The notes under the pieces were generated by a model. The model searched no databases and was not told where the DNA came from. It saw only the letters and a list, made by a program, of their open reading frames with translations. DNA of 61,753 bases, filler included, from Choristocarpus tenellus KU-1152 (taxonomy: Eukaryota > Protista > Phaeophyceae): assembly GCA_964200185.2 (NCBI GenBank). It is 10 parts of 10 records of this genome, joined end to end, with 100 filler letters (N's around TTAATTAATTAA, not from the genome) between each part and the next. Parts side by side here need not be neighbours in the genome. Positions count along the whole stretch, not along the records: positions 39,104 to 46,720 come from CAXNAD020005867.1; positions 46,821 to 50,318 come from CAXNAD020019624.1; positions 50,419 to 57,723 come from CAXNAD020006370.1; 7 more parts are not named here. The stretch is one strand, 5' to 3'. Shown piece by piece: positions 39,377 to 50,986 of the stretch (its first letter is position 1; every line of letters starts with the position of its first letter). The position numbers and the translations under genes are program-made.

Positions 39377-42300
39377 CTCGGCGCCGGCATCCTTCAGCTT
39401 CCGGGGAAGGGTGCCCAAGGTCCCACCAGTGTCGATCAACTCATCTACAATCACCACATCTCTTCCCTTCACCTCGTTGATGTCCCCAATCAACTCATTC
39501 GAACTCACATCAACAGGACCAGAGCTGGAGCAGAAAGACCATACACGGGGAAGGTCGATAAAAAAGAAAATGTGGGAACGGATATTAGTTAAGACCCGGG
39601 AGGAAAAGCACAAAAAAAAAACACAGGATCCTTAGTCGCACTGTCGCCTTTCTGTTCTCGAGGAACTACAAAGCCCCTCAAATTTTGAATCAAGCACCAC
39701 AAGCTACAATTAGCCCCAACACCAGATTGGCACCCACTCACGACTCACAAGTCCTCTTGCCTTCTTTTTTATTACATTTCCCCCTCTCTCACCCTCACCC
39801 AGGCATGCGCTATCTCCCTCCCCCCTCCCCCTTCTGGATTCATTACACCAGTGGTACGGTAGGTGAGAAGAGACGAAGTGAACTACCCTCTTGAGAGCTG
39901 TCAAGGACACCGAAATAACTGAGGAGTTGGTCAACAAATGTGACTGGTGGCCCCAGCACAGACAACACTTATCAAATAGTGATTTGTAAATTAGCGATCA
40001 GTGCTCCTCGACTCTGTGCCTGATGGTGAATACTAACAGCCAGCAACAGCGCTTACTCATGTTGGCACTGCACCGTGCGTCAAGACCAGGGGAGTACGCA
40101 AAACATTGGCTAGCGGTTTATGCTACAGACTCCTCTGTGACAGTGAACGGTGCAGTCGGCACTGTACTTCCAGCAAAGTGCACACAAGAGGAGTTAAGAA
40201 GTAGGAGGAAGTAACGCAGGACAAGAGAGCCAGTTGGAAACAGCACCGTTAAACAGAGCTTCCCGACTGGGAGGGAAAATGGGGATGGATAATAGCGGTT
40301 CAAGAAAGGGATCGCTATCCCGTGTAATCACGGGAGGGGGGAGAAAATTTCCCTATGGAGGAAAGAAACTCGATGCAGACAATGTCGGAAGATTTCAAAG
40401 GAGAGATTGGACTTCAGTGAACACGATGTTACTATCAGAGGCACAATGGCCTCCGCAGCATTCAACATGTGCTACCGAGTCGGCAGGCACAGACATTCAT
40501 CGAGTCGTACAACTCAACGTGAGACCCGAAGTGTGACACCCGAAGGTGCCGGGGCAAGTTCTACGCAGCCAGTTAGACGTGGCAACAACGACGACAACAA
40601 TGCAGGAGATGAGATGCCTTCACCATGCAACGCATCGCACGGCAAGTATCCTATTACTGTTCGCCAGAGATCCACCGAACTGCATGGAATACCGCTTCAA
40701 CTTGAAGGGTAAGGGGAAGTGGGTCGGTGGGTAAGTGACGGGGAAGCAATGCGCCCTTCGTATTCTACCATGCTGGAGGATACCCGGCGGAAATGGAAAA
40801 TCAACACAAAAGCATGATACACAAGGATTGACCCGGTGAACAGGATCTCGGGGGTCATCCAGGAAAAAGAGGAGGGCTGAAGAGGATACTCAAGGGATAG
40901 CAAATGGAGGGGCACTACTAGCGGCGAACCGCACAAAGGACCACGCCTGCCGGGAGCGTAGTGGGTCACTATCCTGTGAGTTTTCTATTCAGCCCTCTTT
41001 CTTGATCCTGAAAGATTCCAAGACCACCTTCCCCTAATTCCAAGCGACGTTCCTCTCGCCCCTTGCAACTACACCAGGTATTCTCCTGACATGCTAGAAT
41101 ACAAATCACCTGTTGCTTTGTATTACCACCAGGACAGGTGGAACGGTGGTTTCTCAATATTTGACTAATTATCTTCCTATTCTGGGCTAACTGAGGGTGA
41201 GTGATATACAGTAGTAAAGAGATGTACCTCGTGTTGAGACGCCGATATCACAGTATACCCGTTATTGTCAACCCATCACATACACAGACCCACCATCAGA
41301 TCTGCATAAACTATAAGAGTGCCTTGGGGGTTTTCATTACAGGACAGTTTCGCATAAGAAAAACATCACAGTAGCAGTAGAGCAGGTAGTGAAGTGGGGG
41401 ATATTATCCCTAATTCCATACACACGTAGTCAACCCCCTTCCAAACCCTTCCTTTCAGTGCAATGGAGTGATAATCAAATGCCAAGGGCCCTTGTCTTAA
41501 TGTACTTATTAATACACGACAACTTGCCAATACAAAGGACTTTGGTACTTGGACTCCGAGAACAGGTTCTTAACGCAAATTTTATGGTTTCTATACAATG
41601 TTTTTTTTTGGAATGTCACTATTTTTACAATAAAGGACTAAACGGTAGTACTATGGAACAGGACACTTTTTAGCGACACCTGTTGGTGACACGGCGTATG
41701 CATTATCCACCTACACCAGTACAACTGCCTTCACATTGAGCAGAATAAAGGAGATACTTTAGAACAAAAAAAAAAAATTAAAGAAAAAAAAGTAACGAGG
41801 GATACCCACACGTCTCAAAATCTACAAAACAATTTAAAAATGAAATGTCGATACAAGAGAGAGTGAACTAAAAAAAAAACTCTATATATATGTATCTATA
41901 TATATATTATATATGTATATACTAATCGAGTTCAAAATGCAGCACGGGTCTCGGAAAGGTCCTCACTTGGGTCGGGCATGCAAAAAGGTGGAGACCGTGA
42001 CGTCCTCAACATAGTCCTTGAGCTTCTTCTTAAACTGAACAGCTTTTTTCACCAGGCCAGAGCTTGGCTGATGGGCAACGGGAGGGGTGGGGGGGTGGTG
42101 TGGTCTACGATGTTGTGCAAAGGAAAACACGGAGGTTAGGTGCTACAAACAGGTGTAATTACAACATAGTTTGTCCAACCATTGAGGATTCTGGGTTTAT
42201 CACTGAATGCCTAAATCTATTCACAAAGAAAGTGTGCATTTGTTGCCAGCCCCCCTACTTGAATACACCTGACAAGAAAGACACACGATACTTGATTAGA

Positions 42301-43130
42301 ATCGGGAGCACAGAAGAGAAAACCCTCATCATCTGGATTTATCTTCTTGCGCAAGAAGTCACCACTGCACTGGTCACGCCCTTCTACAAAGAGTCCCCAT
42401 TCACGCCAACACACTATCTCAGCTTGCCACAAGAAACATTACCTCCTGACCACGAACCGAGTTTGTCAACATGCACCTGTATCGCAAGTCAAGGTCAGAA
42501 CAACAATACGCTGAACGGGTACCGCCCAAACACAAAAAGGACTGTTCCAGGAACAAGATCATGCTTCCTCTCACGGCCCCGCCACGATCTCCATGGGACA
42601 AAACAATACCTAACATTTTCCAACTGTCCAAGGGGCACGAGTGTACCAAGCACAGTGGTGCGGGCTCTGTAGCAAAGACTCCCTAGTGCTAGAGGTTCAA
42701 CAACATCTATAAACAGGATTCAGTGTCCATGTAGGGTCAGTTTGTCCCCCCTTAAGTCTTCTTCCTTCCAATGCATGGTACGCCCGCCCAGGGCCCCACC
42801 CCCCTACGGCACCTCTTTTTGCTAACCTACCGAAATGACTGTGACCCCTCGAGGATGGCTCTTGTCTCTCCCCAGTACTTTGGTGCAAATATGTTCTGCC
42901 ATTATGTTGGTTGTGAGAAGAGTCTCCACTGGCACTCCTGGCCCCAGGAAGGCCCCGCCCGAGCCTGTCCCCGGTCGCTCCAAGTCAACAGCAATGACCC
43001 GGTCTGCACCCATCACCTCAAGCAATCGACCAACATCAGCCGCTGCATCACCAAATAGGGTTAGGGATGGGAGTGCAACAAGATTTTTTGAAATATGTGT
43101 AAAAATTGTCAAAACTTATCGAAGGACAGG

Positions 43131-43172
<42 letters not shown>

Positions 43173-45783
43173 AGTCGGAAACATAAATCCAAGGAGTGCG
43201 AAGGCATGGGGGAAAGGTCGAGCGTAGAGATTGGGCCAAAGGTGTGTTATTGTCACAATGGTCCTGTCCAAAATATCTTGGCTTAGGTCGCCATGACCTC
43301 TCAGCATACACCACAACAAAAGCTGCAAAGATGACTGCATAATGCAGAAGAGATGACGGCGTTTGCCGTGACTAATATGCCTCAAATCCCCCAGAGAGAG
43401 ATGCCATAAGCTCGTCTCAACTCACTTTACTCCATCTGGACCGCACTAAGCACAGAGTCAATCCCAACACTACGCCAACGAACCAGCAATCCAAAATGGC
43501 TACTTGAGACAAACCCAAGGTCATTCTTGTCTTTCCCGAACACAGCTCACGGAACTGGACGAGCAAGCTCTTCATGCACGCAGACGGTGAACACAAGAAA
43601 GTAATACCCAGAGCCTCATTAAAGCTCATAGGCCAAGTAGTCCTCAAAGGTCACCTTCTAGGGTAGCAGAGGCACACCAAGCCACTCTAAATCCAAGGCT
43701 TGACATATGCCTCCCCCCCCACCCCCAAACCCATATCAGCAAACACAAGGATCTACTGCTGTGTAAACCCCCCACGCTTTCACTAAGCCCTGTACCAACT
43801 TCTAAATTGCCTACCACTTCCATCCTTCTCACAAGGCCACCATTCACCCCAGTCCATCCCCTTGCCCCAGCCCCGCACCACCATTTACCTGCGCTCCAGA
43901 GGAAGCGAGAATGCAGATCAGCACTCACAGGCACAGAACGGCGGTGATGCTTGTATGGGAAGTATCTGGTTTCGGTTTCAAGTAGGGAAAGCTTCAGGGG
44001 CTTTGTCCTGAGGTGTCAAGTTGTCTTGTGGTCTACTATCTCTCTGGAAAAGCATGGATAGCTCAGAGGGAGAGGACAATCAGGCGGTGGAGGATCAAGG
44101 CTGTAGGGAGTAGGAGCAATGAAAGACTCCGGAAAAAATGTAAACAGAAAGGAAGGTTACTAAAGCAGTATGTGTGGCGTACTTGAGCTGTCACAAAATT
44201 GTACACACATCAAGCACCTTCCTCAAGTCAACCTCAATGTGTATGCATTGCATCGAATTAGGGAAGGGCCAAACAGAGGGGGAGGGACATCTCACGGAAT
44301 CACAGCAGTCACACGCTTGGCTGAGGCACGCTGCATGGTGGATACCATGAGGAGAAGCTCCACCAGATTGTCATTTACAGGCTTTTGCCCACTCTGGACA
44401 ATATACACATCTTGGGGATAGCAAATCACACATGCGGGGGGAAGGTAAAGTGTTCATGAACTCAGAACTCAGCATATCGGTAGGCACAGTAGTGACTGGT
44501 TTTGGAGTATGTGTGTGTGTGTGTGTTATTCTTGGGATTGATTTCAAAACCGACAGCAGAATGTTGTGGGGCAGTTATAAACTCAACACGTGCTGACCAA
44601 AACAAAACGTTGTTCAAGGGTCAGATTCCCAAGCCCACTACCTGCGCCGGACAAGAAGTGTGTGATTCCCGCCATCCTATACAATACTATAGAAACAACT
44701 TAATCTATGTAATGAAACCAATAACTTCAACACTTTCAGTGTTGACTCAACCATTTCAACCTTGGGATCATCTACGGTGCGCGGGGACATGCCATGAGAC
44801 TCTGAGGTGGGGCTCTGGTGTTACTTTCCCTGCTTGGATAACATACTCCAGTGCACAGAGCTCCACCGTTACTGTCTAATTGCCAGGTTGGATGTTCACC
44901 ACACATCGCAAGTCGATTCGCTAGAAGTACGACACAGAAGTAGGGCCTTACCTTTTCCCCTCACGTGCTCATCAAGACGAATCATGACCTCCCCATCAGC
45001 GTAGCGTCCAAGTGTCATTCTCCCCACTTCCAACCCCAATTGGTGCGAAATCTCCTTTGCAAGTGGCGAGTTGGAGCTCCCTCCGACCACCTGTGTGCGA
45101 GAGATATAGAAAGGGGTCAAATGGATACTGGGGGTTCGAGTTGAGACAAGGTTGCAAACGACTAGAAGGAGGATACCACGACACGTTAGCCTGATAATTG
45201 CAAAGTGACTCGCATATCGATCACACAGAAGCTGCAAGCATGACCACATCTCTTCAAGGACCTTGATGATACCTCCCACTGCACAGGAAATACCAATTGA
45301 TCCAGAAGATCTCCCATTTGTAATGCAAGCTACTACACGTACTTTTAAACATGCACCAGGACCACTAAAATGGCAACGTACATGATGGGTGGAAGGGTAA
45401 ACGAGATTTTTTTAAAAGACACTCATAGTCACCCCAGCGAGGCTAGAGGGTTGCAGTGAGGAAGAGGATGACGATTCGCAGTGTTATACCATCAGGTATT
45501 CGTAGTCAGGATCGAAGAACCTCTCCTCTTCTTCCTCACCAACCCCACGATTATGTTCTCTAGTGGGAGCGGAGCATCTTGCTGAACGCTTGTCTCCCTC
45601 TGGCATTGCTGCCCCTCCTCCTAGTACAACTGTCCCCACAAACATTGCAGTCCTCGTCCAACATGCCTTCCACCTACTACTGCCTTCATTCCACCTTTGA
45701 ATCGAGGCTGCCAGAGCTACATTCCGACGCTGAGTGCCCGAATGGCGAGCAAGTCGGATCACCGTGCGGGACACAACGGACAT
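39377..45783 (-). CDS. Ribose-phosphate pyrophosphokinase (PRPP synthetase) homologue, divergent, with N-terminal extension (3' end off contig)
   Basis: Seven phase-compatible GT-AG exons: 45783-45490, 45090-44952, 44410-44296, 43965-43889, 43042-42831, 42067-41967, 39524-39377. Motifs [57 protein letters not shown]. Confidence 0.92.
40370..40710 (+). mobile_element. Degenerate LTR-retrotransposon integrase trace inside PRPS intron
   Basis: Frameshifted pieces [21 protein letters not shown] and [17 protein letters not shown] resemble SDNGxEF, PQxNGxxERxNxTL and HxxTGxSPxxLLFGR. Confidence 0.3.
43133..43169. repeat. (GT)n microsatellite
   Basis: Direct reading. Confidence 0.9.
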
Positions 45784-46720
45784 GTCAATACCCAAGACCC
45801 GTGTTTGAGTGGGCTGGAGACAGGTTGAGAGACATTTGGACATCAAACAACTGCGTGTAGGAAATGCGAGCATTGCTCGCGATTTCGCGCACTCTCATGC
45901 AACTAACTAACTGTCCCTTAATAATAGTTGTGAAAACACAAAACATAAACATACTACTACTATATATAGGTATACATAGTGCGTACATTCTGGACAATAT
46001 TAGTAATACTCCCATGTACAGTGTGGTAACACTCCAATCCAAACATGTACTACTACTAATAGCGTCACACATACTTCTGTAAATCTTGCAACGATTTGGG
46101 TTGAAAACATGGAAACACATTCACATAATATAATGTCCATCACTGCACCAGTGACTCTCTTGAGACGCGCCATGCGTTCCAAGCTAGAGACACCAAGCAG
46201 ATGGTTAAAAAGGGGCCTTGGGGTACTTCCCTAGACCCTCGTCCACTTTTGTAGGGCTAAGATAGGTTAGAGGCATAGCACAAGTAAGTGTACACATTAC
46301 ACATTGTAATTACCGATGTTTAAGGGAGCATTGTAGTCCTATTATAGGTATAATGTTGGCAGTCGCCTCCTCCTGCATCAACTTTGTCGTGCCATAACTT
46401 TTGATCAACAACAAATCTTTTCATGAAAATCAGTTGTGATCGCATGAGCATGCTTAAACTTATTTGGTGGGTCTCGGTTGATCGACTTACAATAATCGTG
46501 AGAAACACAGGACCATACTTAAATCGAGTAGTCCGCACGCACGCATCGCACGGAGGTGCTGTGCGGCTCGCACGAACCGCGTATTTAAGGATGAATTTGA
46601 CGCGTGATGAGGTCATCTTCACCCGGAGAACATGGGCGTTGTTGTCTCTCCATTCTCTTTCCATTATTTCCCGTTTATGCGATGTTGTCACCTGCTGGCT
46701 AAGGCTCATTCATGGGGGCC

Positions 46721-46820
46721 NNNNNNNNNNNNNNNNNNNNNNNNNNNNNNNNNNNNNNNNNNNNTTAATTAATTAANNNNNNNNNNNNNNNNNNNNNNNN
46801 NNNNNNNNNNNNNNNNNNNN
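46721..46820. other. Artificial contig-joining spacer
   Basis: N44-TTAATTAATTAA-N44. Confidence 0.99.
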
Positions 46821-47039
46821 CTCGCCAGGTTTATCACCTTTATGTTCTTTGATGATTTTGGGGATACTTTAACAGAACTTCTCTTGGACAGCTTCAGTGC
46901 TAATGATATCTAGATGACCGAAAAGGCCTAACATGTTGCTCTCGTCGCACCCACCACCAGGGCGCTGTGCTATACACACCAAAGCTTTTCCGAGCAATAG
47001 TTGATTGGTCCATGCCTAATACAGTGGGCAATAGCCAGC

Positions 47040-47626
47040 ATTTGTTCCGTGAGTTTTTCACCTCAAAGGTGGAGAAGGGAGCGAATCAAATCCTGACCTT
47101 AAACCACTTGGAAGAGCTACGGGGGAGGATGTTATAAATGGAACTGGTCATCTCGGACAAGCTGCTGCTCCTACAGTCCCTGAGTGCTCTCGGATCAGAT
47201 TACAATACGAAGATACGCATGATCGCCTCACAGAGGACACTATGTCGAGCAGACGTAGAGAAAAGTGTTAGAGAGCGATATGCTTCCCTTCATGAGGGGA
47301 AGGACTCAAGACACAAGAGTAGGCACGCTTTGGTTGTTAGCGGCTCATCACAAGGGAAGAATCGGTCTCATCGTAGCGGCCAAGGTCGTGGGGTCGAACG
47401 TAAATTTCATGGTGGAAGAAAGAAAATGGTTCTGATTCCAACCCTAAAAGTTCCGAGAAGATTCCTTGTGAGAGGTGTGGTAAGAATGGACACGAGAAGG
47501 CAGCTTGCCCAAACCGCATTTGCACCAAGTGTGGTGGACGTGCCCATGATGCTACAACATGCACTTTGGTGTTCATGACTACGGTGGAGTCTGGGAAAGA
47601 AGATCGAGACCAAGGTGAATCCTTTC
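47040..47626 (+). mobile_element. Copia-type gag remnant with two CCHC zinc knuckles
   Basis: ISDKLLLLQSLSALGSDYNT (gag-like), then frameshifted CERCGKNGHEKAAC and CTKCGGRAHDATTC; ends at a MITE A insertion. Confidence 0.75.
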
Positions 47627-47884
47627 GAGCCAAAGTATCCTAGAGGGTAGAGTCGCGTCCATTTGGGAGCCAAAATCCAATGTTTCGATTTTGATGTAAT
47701 TTTGGCTATTGTGTCTGTTAGGAAGTGTCAATATCCTTCTTCTGGACACACCTTCTCATAACGTATACATTTTACCTACTCCGAAACATTTTGGAATAGG
47801 AAAATGTAATAAAAAACTCATGAGAATCCAAGCCCCAAATGGACAAACAGGGAAAAACTCACACCCTCTAAGATACTTTCACTC
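47627..47884 (+). mobile_element. MITE family A copy
   Basis: Both TIRs present; no clear TSD. Confidence 0.9.
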
Positions 47885-47996
47885 ATATGTAGTATTCCAG
47901 ACCATGTAATAGGAAGTTCTGGCCATTGTCTCGTCCCTCCCCTCTTGATGCTTCCTGCAGAAATATTACCTTTGACCATAGATATTTTGTAGGTAT

Positions 47997-48254
47997 GAGC
48001 CAAATTATCTTAGAGGGTAGGGCCGTGTCCATTTGGGAGCCAAAATCCAATGTTCCGATTTTGATGTAATTATGACTATCGTGTTTGTTAGGAAGTGTCT
48101 ATGTCCTTGTTCCGGACACAGCTTTTCATAACTTATACATTTTAGCTACTCCAAAACAAAATTGGAGTCGGAAAATGCCATTAAAAAACATGGGAAGCCA
48201 AGCCCGAAATGGACATATAGGGCAAAAATCGTACTCTCTAAGATGCTTTCACTC
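47997..48254 (+). mobile_element. MITE family A copy
   Basis: Both TIRs present; 4-bp TSD GTAT. Confidence 0.92.
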
Positions 48255-48424
48255 GTATGTCATCATGGATGGAACAAGAACAAACATGGAGGCAGAGAGT
48301 ACAACAAACATGACAACAACAATAATAGTCCGCATTAATGGTAGCACACACTTCACTTCTTTACATTTATTTTCTTCTTCGTCATGACAATCCCAGAAAA
48401 TTGTTAGTGGGTAATTTGTTGGTA

Positions 48425-50129
48425 CTCCCTCTGTCCCATAGATCTGGGCCGTTAAGTTATAGCTCTTTGGGATGACCTCCGATTACAAAACGTACCTTTG
48501 CGTTGGATTCATTGGAACATTTTACATTAAAAAACTATGTCTTGCCTTTATTCGACACCGTCAACCCACCAATCAAAGGTCGCCGCAGAGGCCGCTCTTG
48601 GTCTACTTTGACTGATCTGTCCAACCCAGCCTCCTGCTGCCTTTTTTTGGTCCTGGTGTGCTCTACCTCGACATCGTTCCCCCTTACCTCCCTTAACACC
48701 CGATTGTACCTCTTAAACAGAATCTCCCACTCCTCTTGAGCATGTCTGCATTGTACGTGTGGATTATGCTTGAAACCCCCTCTACAAGTTCATCAACAGT
48801 GCCGTAACACCCCGCCCAAACCCTGCTCTTCAGAGATGCAAAACCCCCAAACCATTGATGCTGAGATCCAGCAACTGTACTGGCTGCGTCACGGTCTTAG
48901 TGTTCCATCCCTCCTCCATCCCTGCTGTGTTCAGCTTCTACAACGTGCCCTTACCCGTATACGGGGTCGCACCATCCTGCTGTATGGAGCCCCCCCCCAA
49001 TTCCAGTCATAGCATTTTTTTCTTGATCGCTGGTAACAAGAGCTGCTCCGTGTATCACTCCAGGTAGCACTCGTTGTCGACGGTGACATCAACCTCATAT
49101 TCCTCGCCCCTCATGTGCCGTGCTGTACTCCGTTGCACATCCTTGATGACGCAAACCTGCCAGATCCCATCTTGCTGTGGAAATCATCAGATGGATCCAG
49201 GCGCGAAACAACGGAGATGAACATCACTTTGGGAATGTGACTCTTTTGCGACACCTTCGTTGAGCCCACCTTTTCCTCCCATGGGAACATGCACACCATC
49301 TCTCGTTCGCAGATGAGGTAGAACCACACCTTATCAATGTGAATGTTGTTGAGGCGCCAGTCATGTAGGGTTTACGGTTGCAGGAGATCTGGTAGAGGAT
49401 GAACTCCACCCTGTTCTTGTGAGATAACAAAAGGCTAGGGTTGACGTGCCACTGAACCCTCGTTGCCCCCATGACTTCAAGTCAGCCAACTGTGAGGCCG
49501 GTTTTGGCTAGCTTGGCGGAAAGTTGGTCGATAGTCAGCATGCATGCGATTACTGGCGTTGATTTTCCGGATCTTTGATTGTCTTGTTGGCGTAACGTCT
49601 GACAGCAGTCCAGATCGTGCTTGTGATTTCAGGGAGAGACAGAATTCCCCCTCTCTAACTGTTCTTTGACGCACATACACATCCATCTACGGTGTCTCTC
49701 TCCCACTCCAAACTCTCTCGCCAATTTAACCCCACACCCCTTGGGAGCCTCTTGTGACCTAGAGGAAGAGCCAGTGCATAACGCAGAGCAAGTGCGGTCT
49801 GACCTTCCTTGGTCAGCTCACAGTTCTTTCCTCAAGATGGTGGACTTCGTGCCGGGGACAACGGGCATGTGGAGGCTTGCCATGGGAGTTATGAGAGTGT
49901 TGTGCAGCTCCATGCTGTAGCAGGAAAATAAAAAAGGATAATAATATGCCCCGTTCCGGGTTCTATTCTTTCGGGGCCATTTCAGAACATAATTTTTTAA
50001 TAATTCTTTGAAAAATATTCTTTTAACGTAAATTATTCCAAGGAATCCAAGACAATAGTTCGTTTTTGTAATCAGAGGTCATCCCAAAGAGCTACAACCT
50101 AAAGGCTTAGACTTATGGAACCTAGGGAG
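48425..50129 (-). mobile_element. Full-length plant-type (DD39D-like) Tc1/mariner element with dead transposase
   Basis: TA|CTCCCT...AGGGAG|TA with ~95-bp imperfect TIRs (48425-48520 vs 50035-50129). Minus-strand motifs IHIDKVWFYL, KSHIPKVMF, QQDGATP, QPVQLLDLSINGLG, with stops and frameshifts. Confidence 0.9.
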
Positions 50130-50296
50130 TATGTTGTAGTATTTAGTAGTATATTACGTACGTATTTGAAATCAGTACAATGTCAACATACAACATGCGA
50201 AAAATAATAAATCTACTTCATATTCCATGGAAGTATCTAATATCGTTAACACTAGTACTTTTATTTTGAATAGACTGTCACAACGCAAGTAGCCCT

Positions 50297-50318
50297 GGGT
50301 CAAAGTATCTGGGGGGGG
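50297..50318 (+). mobile_element. MITE family B terminus at contig end
   Basis: gggtcaaagtatctgggggggg. Confidence 0.6.
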
Positions 50319-50418
50319 NNNNNNNNNNNNNNNNNNNNNNNNNNNNNNNNNNNNNNNNNNNNTTAATTAATTAANNNNNNNNNNNNNNNNNNNNNNNNNN
50401 NNNNNNNNNNNNNNNNNN
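50319..50418. other. Artificial contig-joining spacer
   Basis: N44-TTAATTAATTAA-N44. Confidence 0.99.
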
Positions 50419-50609
50419 GAAGGAGCGGAAAGGGGTGGGGGGTGGGGGCAAGGAAGAGGGGTCTACGCCAGGGTGTACGTTTGGACCAAAATTAGGAAAA
50501 GTGCATTTAAAATTATCCATCGGATGTATGCAACCAAATCACACAAAAATCGCGACATGAAAAATTGACCTAAATGGACAGTCGCCACCCCCCCAAGATA
50601 CTTTGAGCC
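50419..50609 (+). mobile_element. MITE family B1 copy (left end missing)
   Basis: Colinear with 10789-10965; ends ccccaagatactttgagcc. Confidence 0.8.
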
Positions 50610-50679
50610 TCTTATCACCTATCACCCCGCTCTTCATGTCAATTGTAGTGCTCGCAACACAAACGACATCCTCCATTGC

Positions 50680-50986
50680 CTAATAATCCCTGAGGCCTTG
50701 CAAGAAGGTCTCAATTCTCCTCGTGTCTAGGAGTAGCCACTCCTAAGACTTGGGGATACTGCCTTTATTGTTTGTGGGGAGATTGCCCGCCTCCCTTGAT
50801 ATCAAGGCATTTCAACTACCAAATCAACCTAACCGCTTCCCTCACTCTCTTGTCCCCATTGAACACTCACGCTCGGATTCTTGAGTAGCTCTGTAAGTTC
50901 CTTCCCAGACGCCCTAGTTTCGTGCATCATGTATATGGCATGCACTCCTACCCACTGCTGCAGCAAACTCAGCAGCCTGCACCTAA
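50680..50986 (-). CDS. Possible last two exons of an unknown gene
   Basis: Exon 50986-50871 (cacag|..NPS|gtgagt) is in phase with exon 50742-50680 (ttag|EWLLLDTRRIETFLQGLRDY*). No recognisable domain. Confidence 0.35.
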
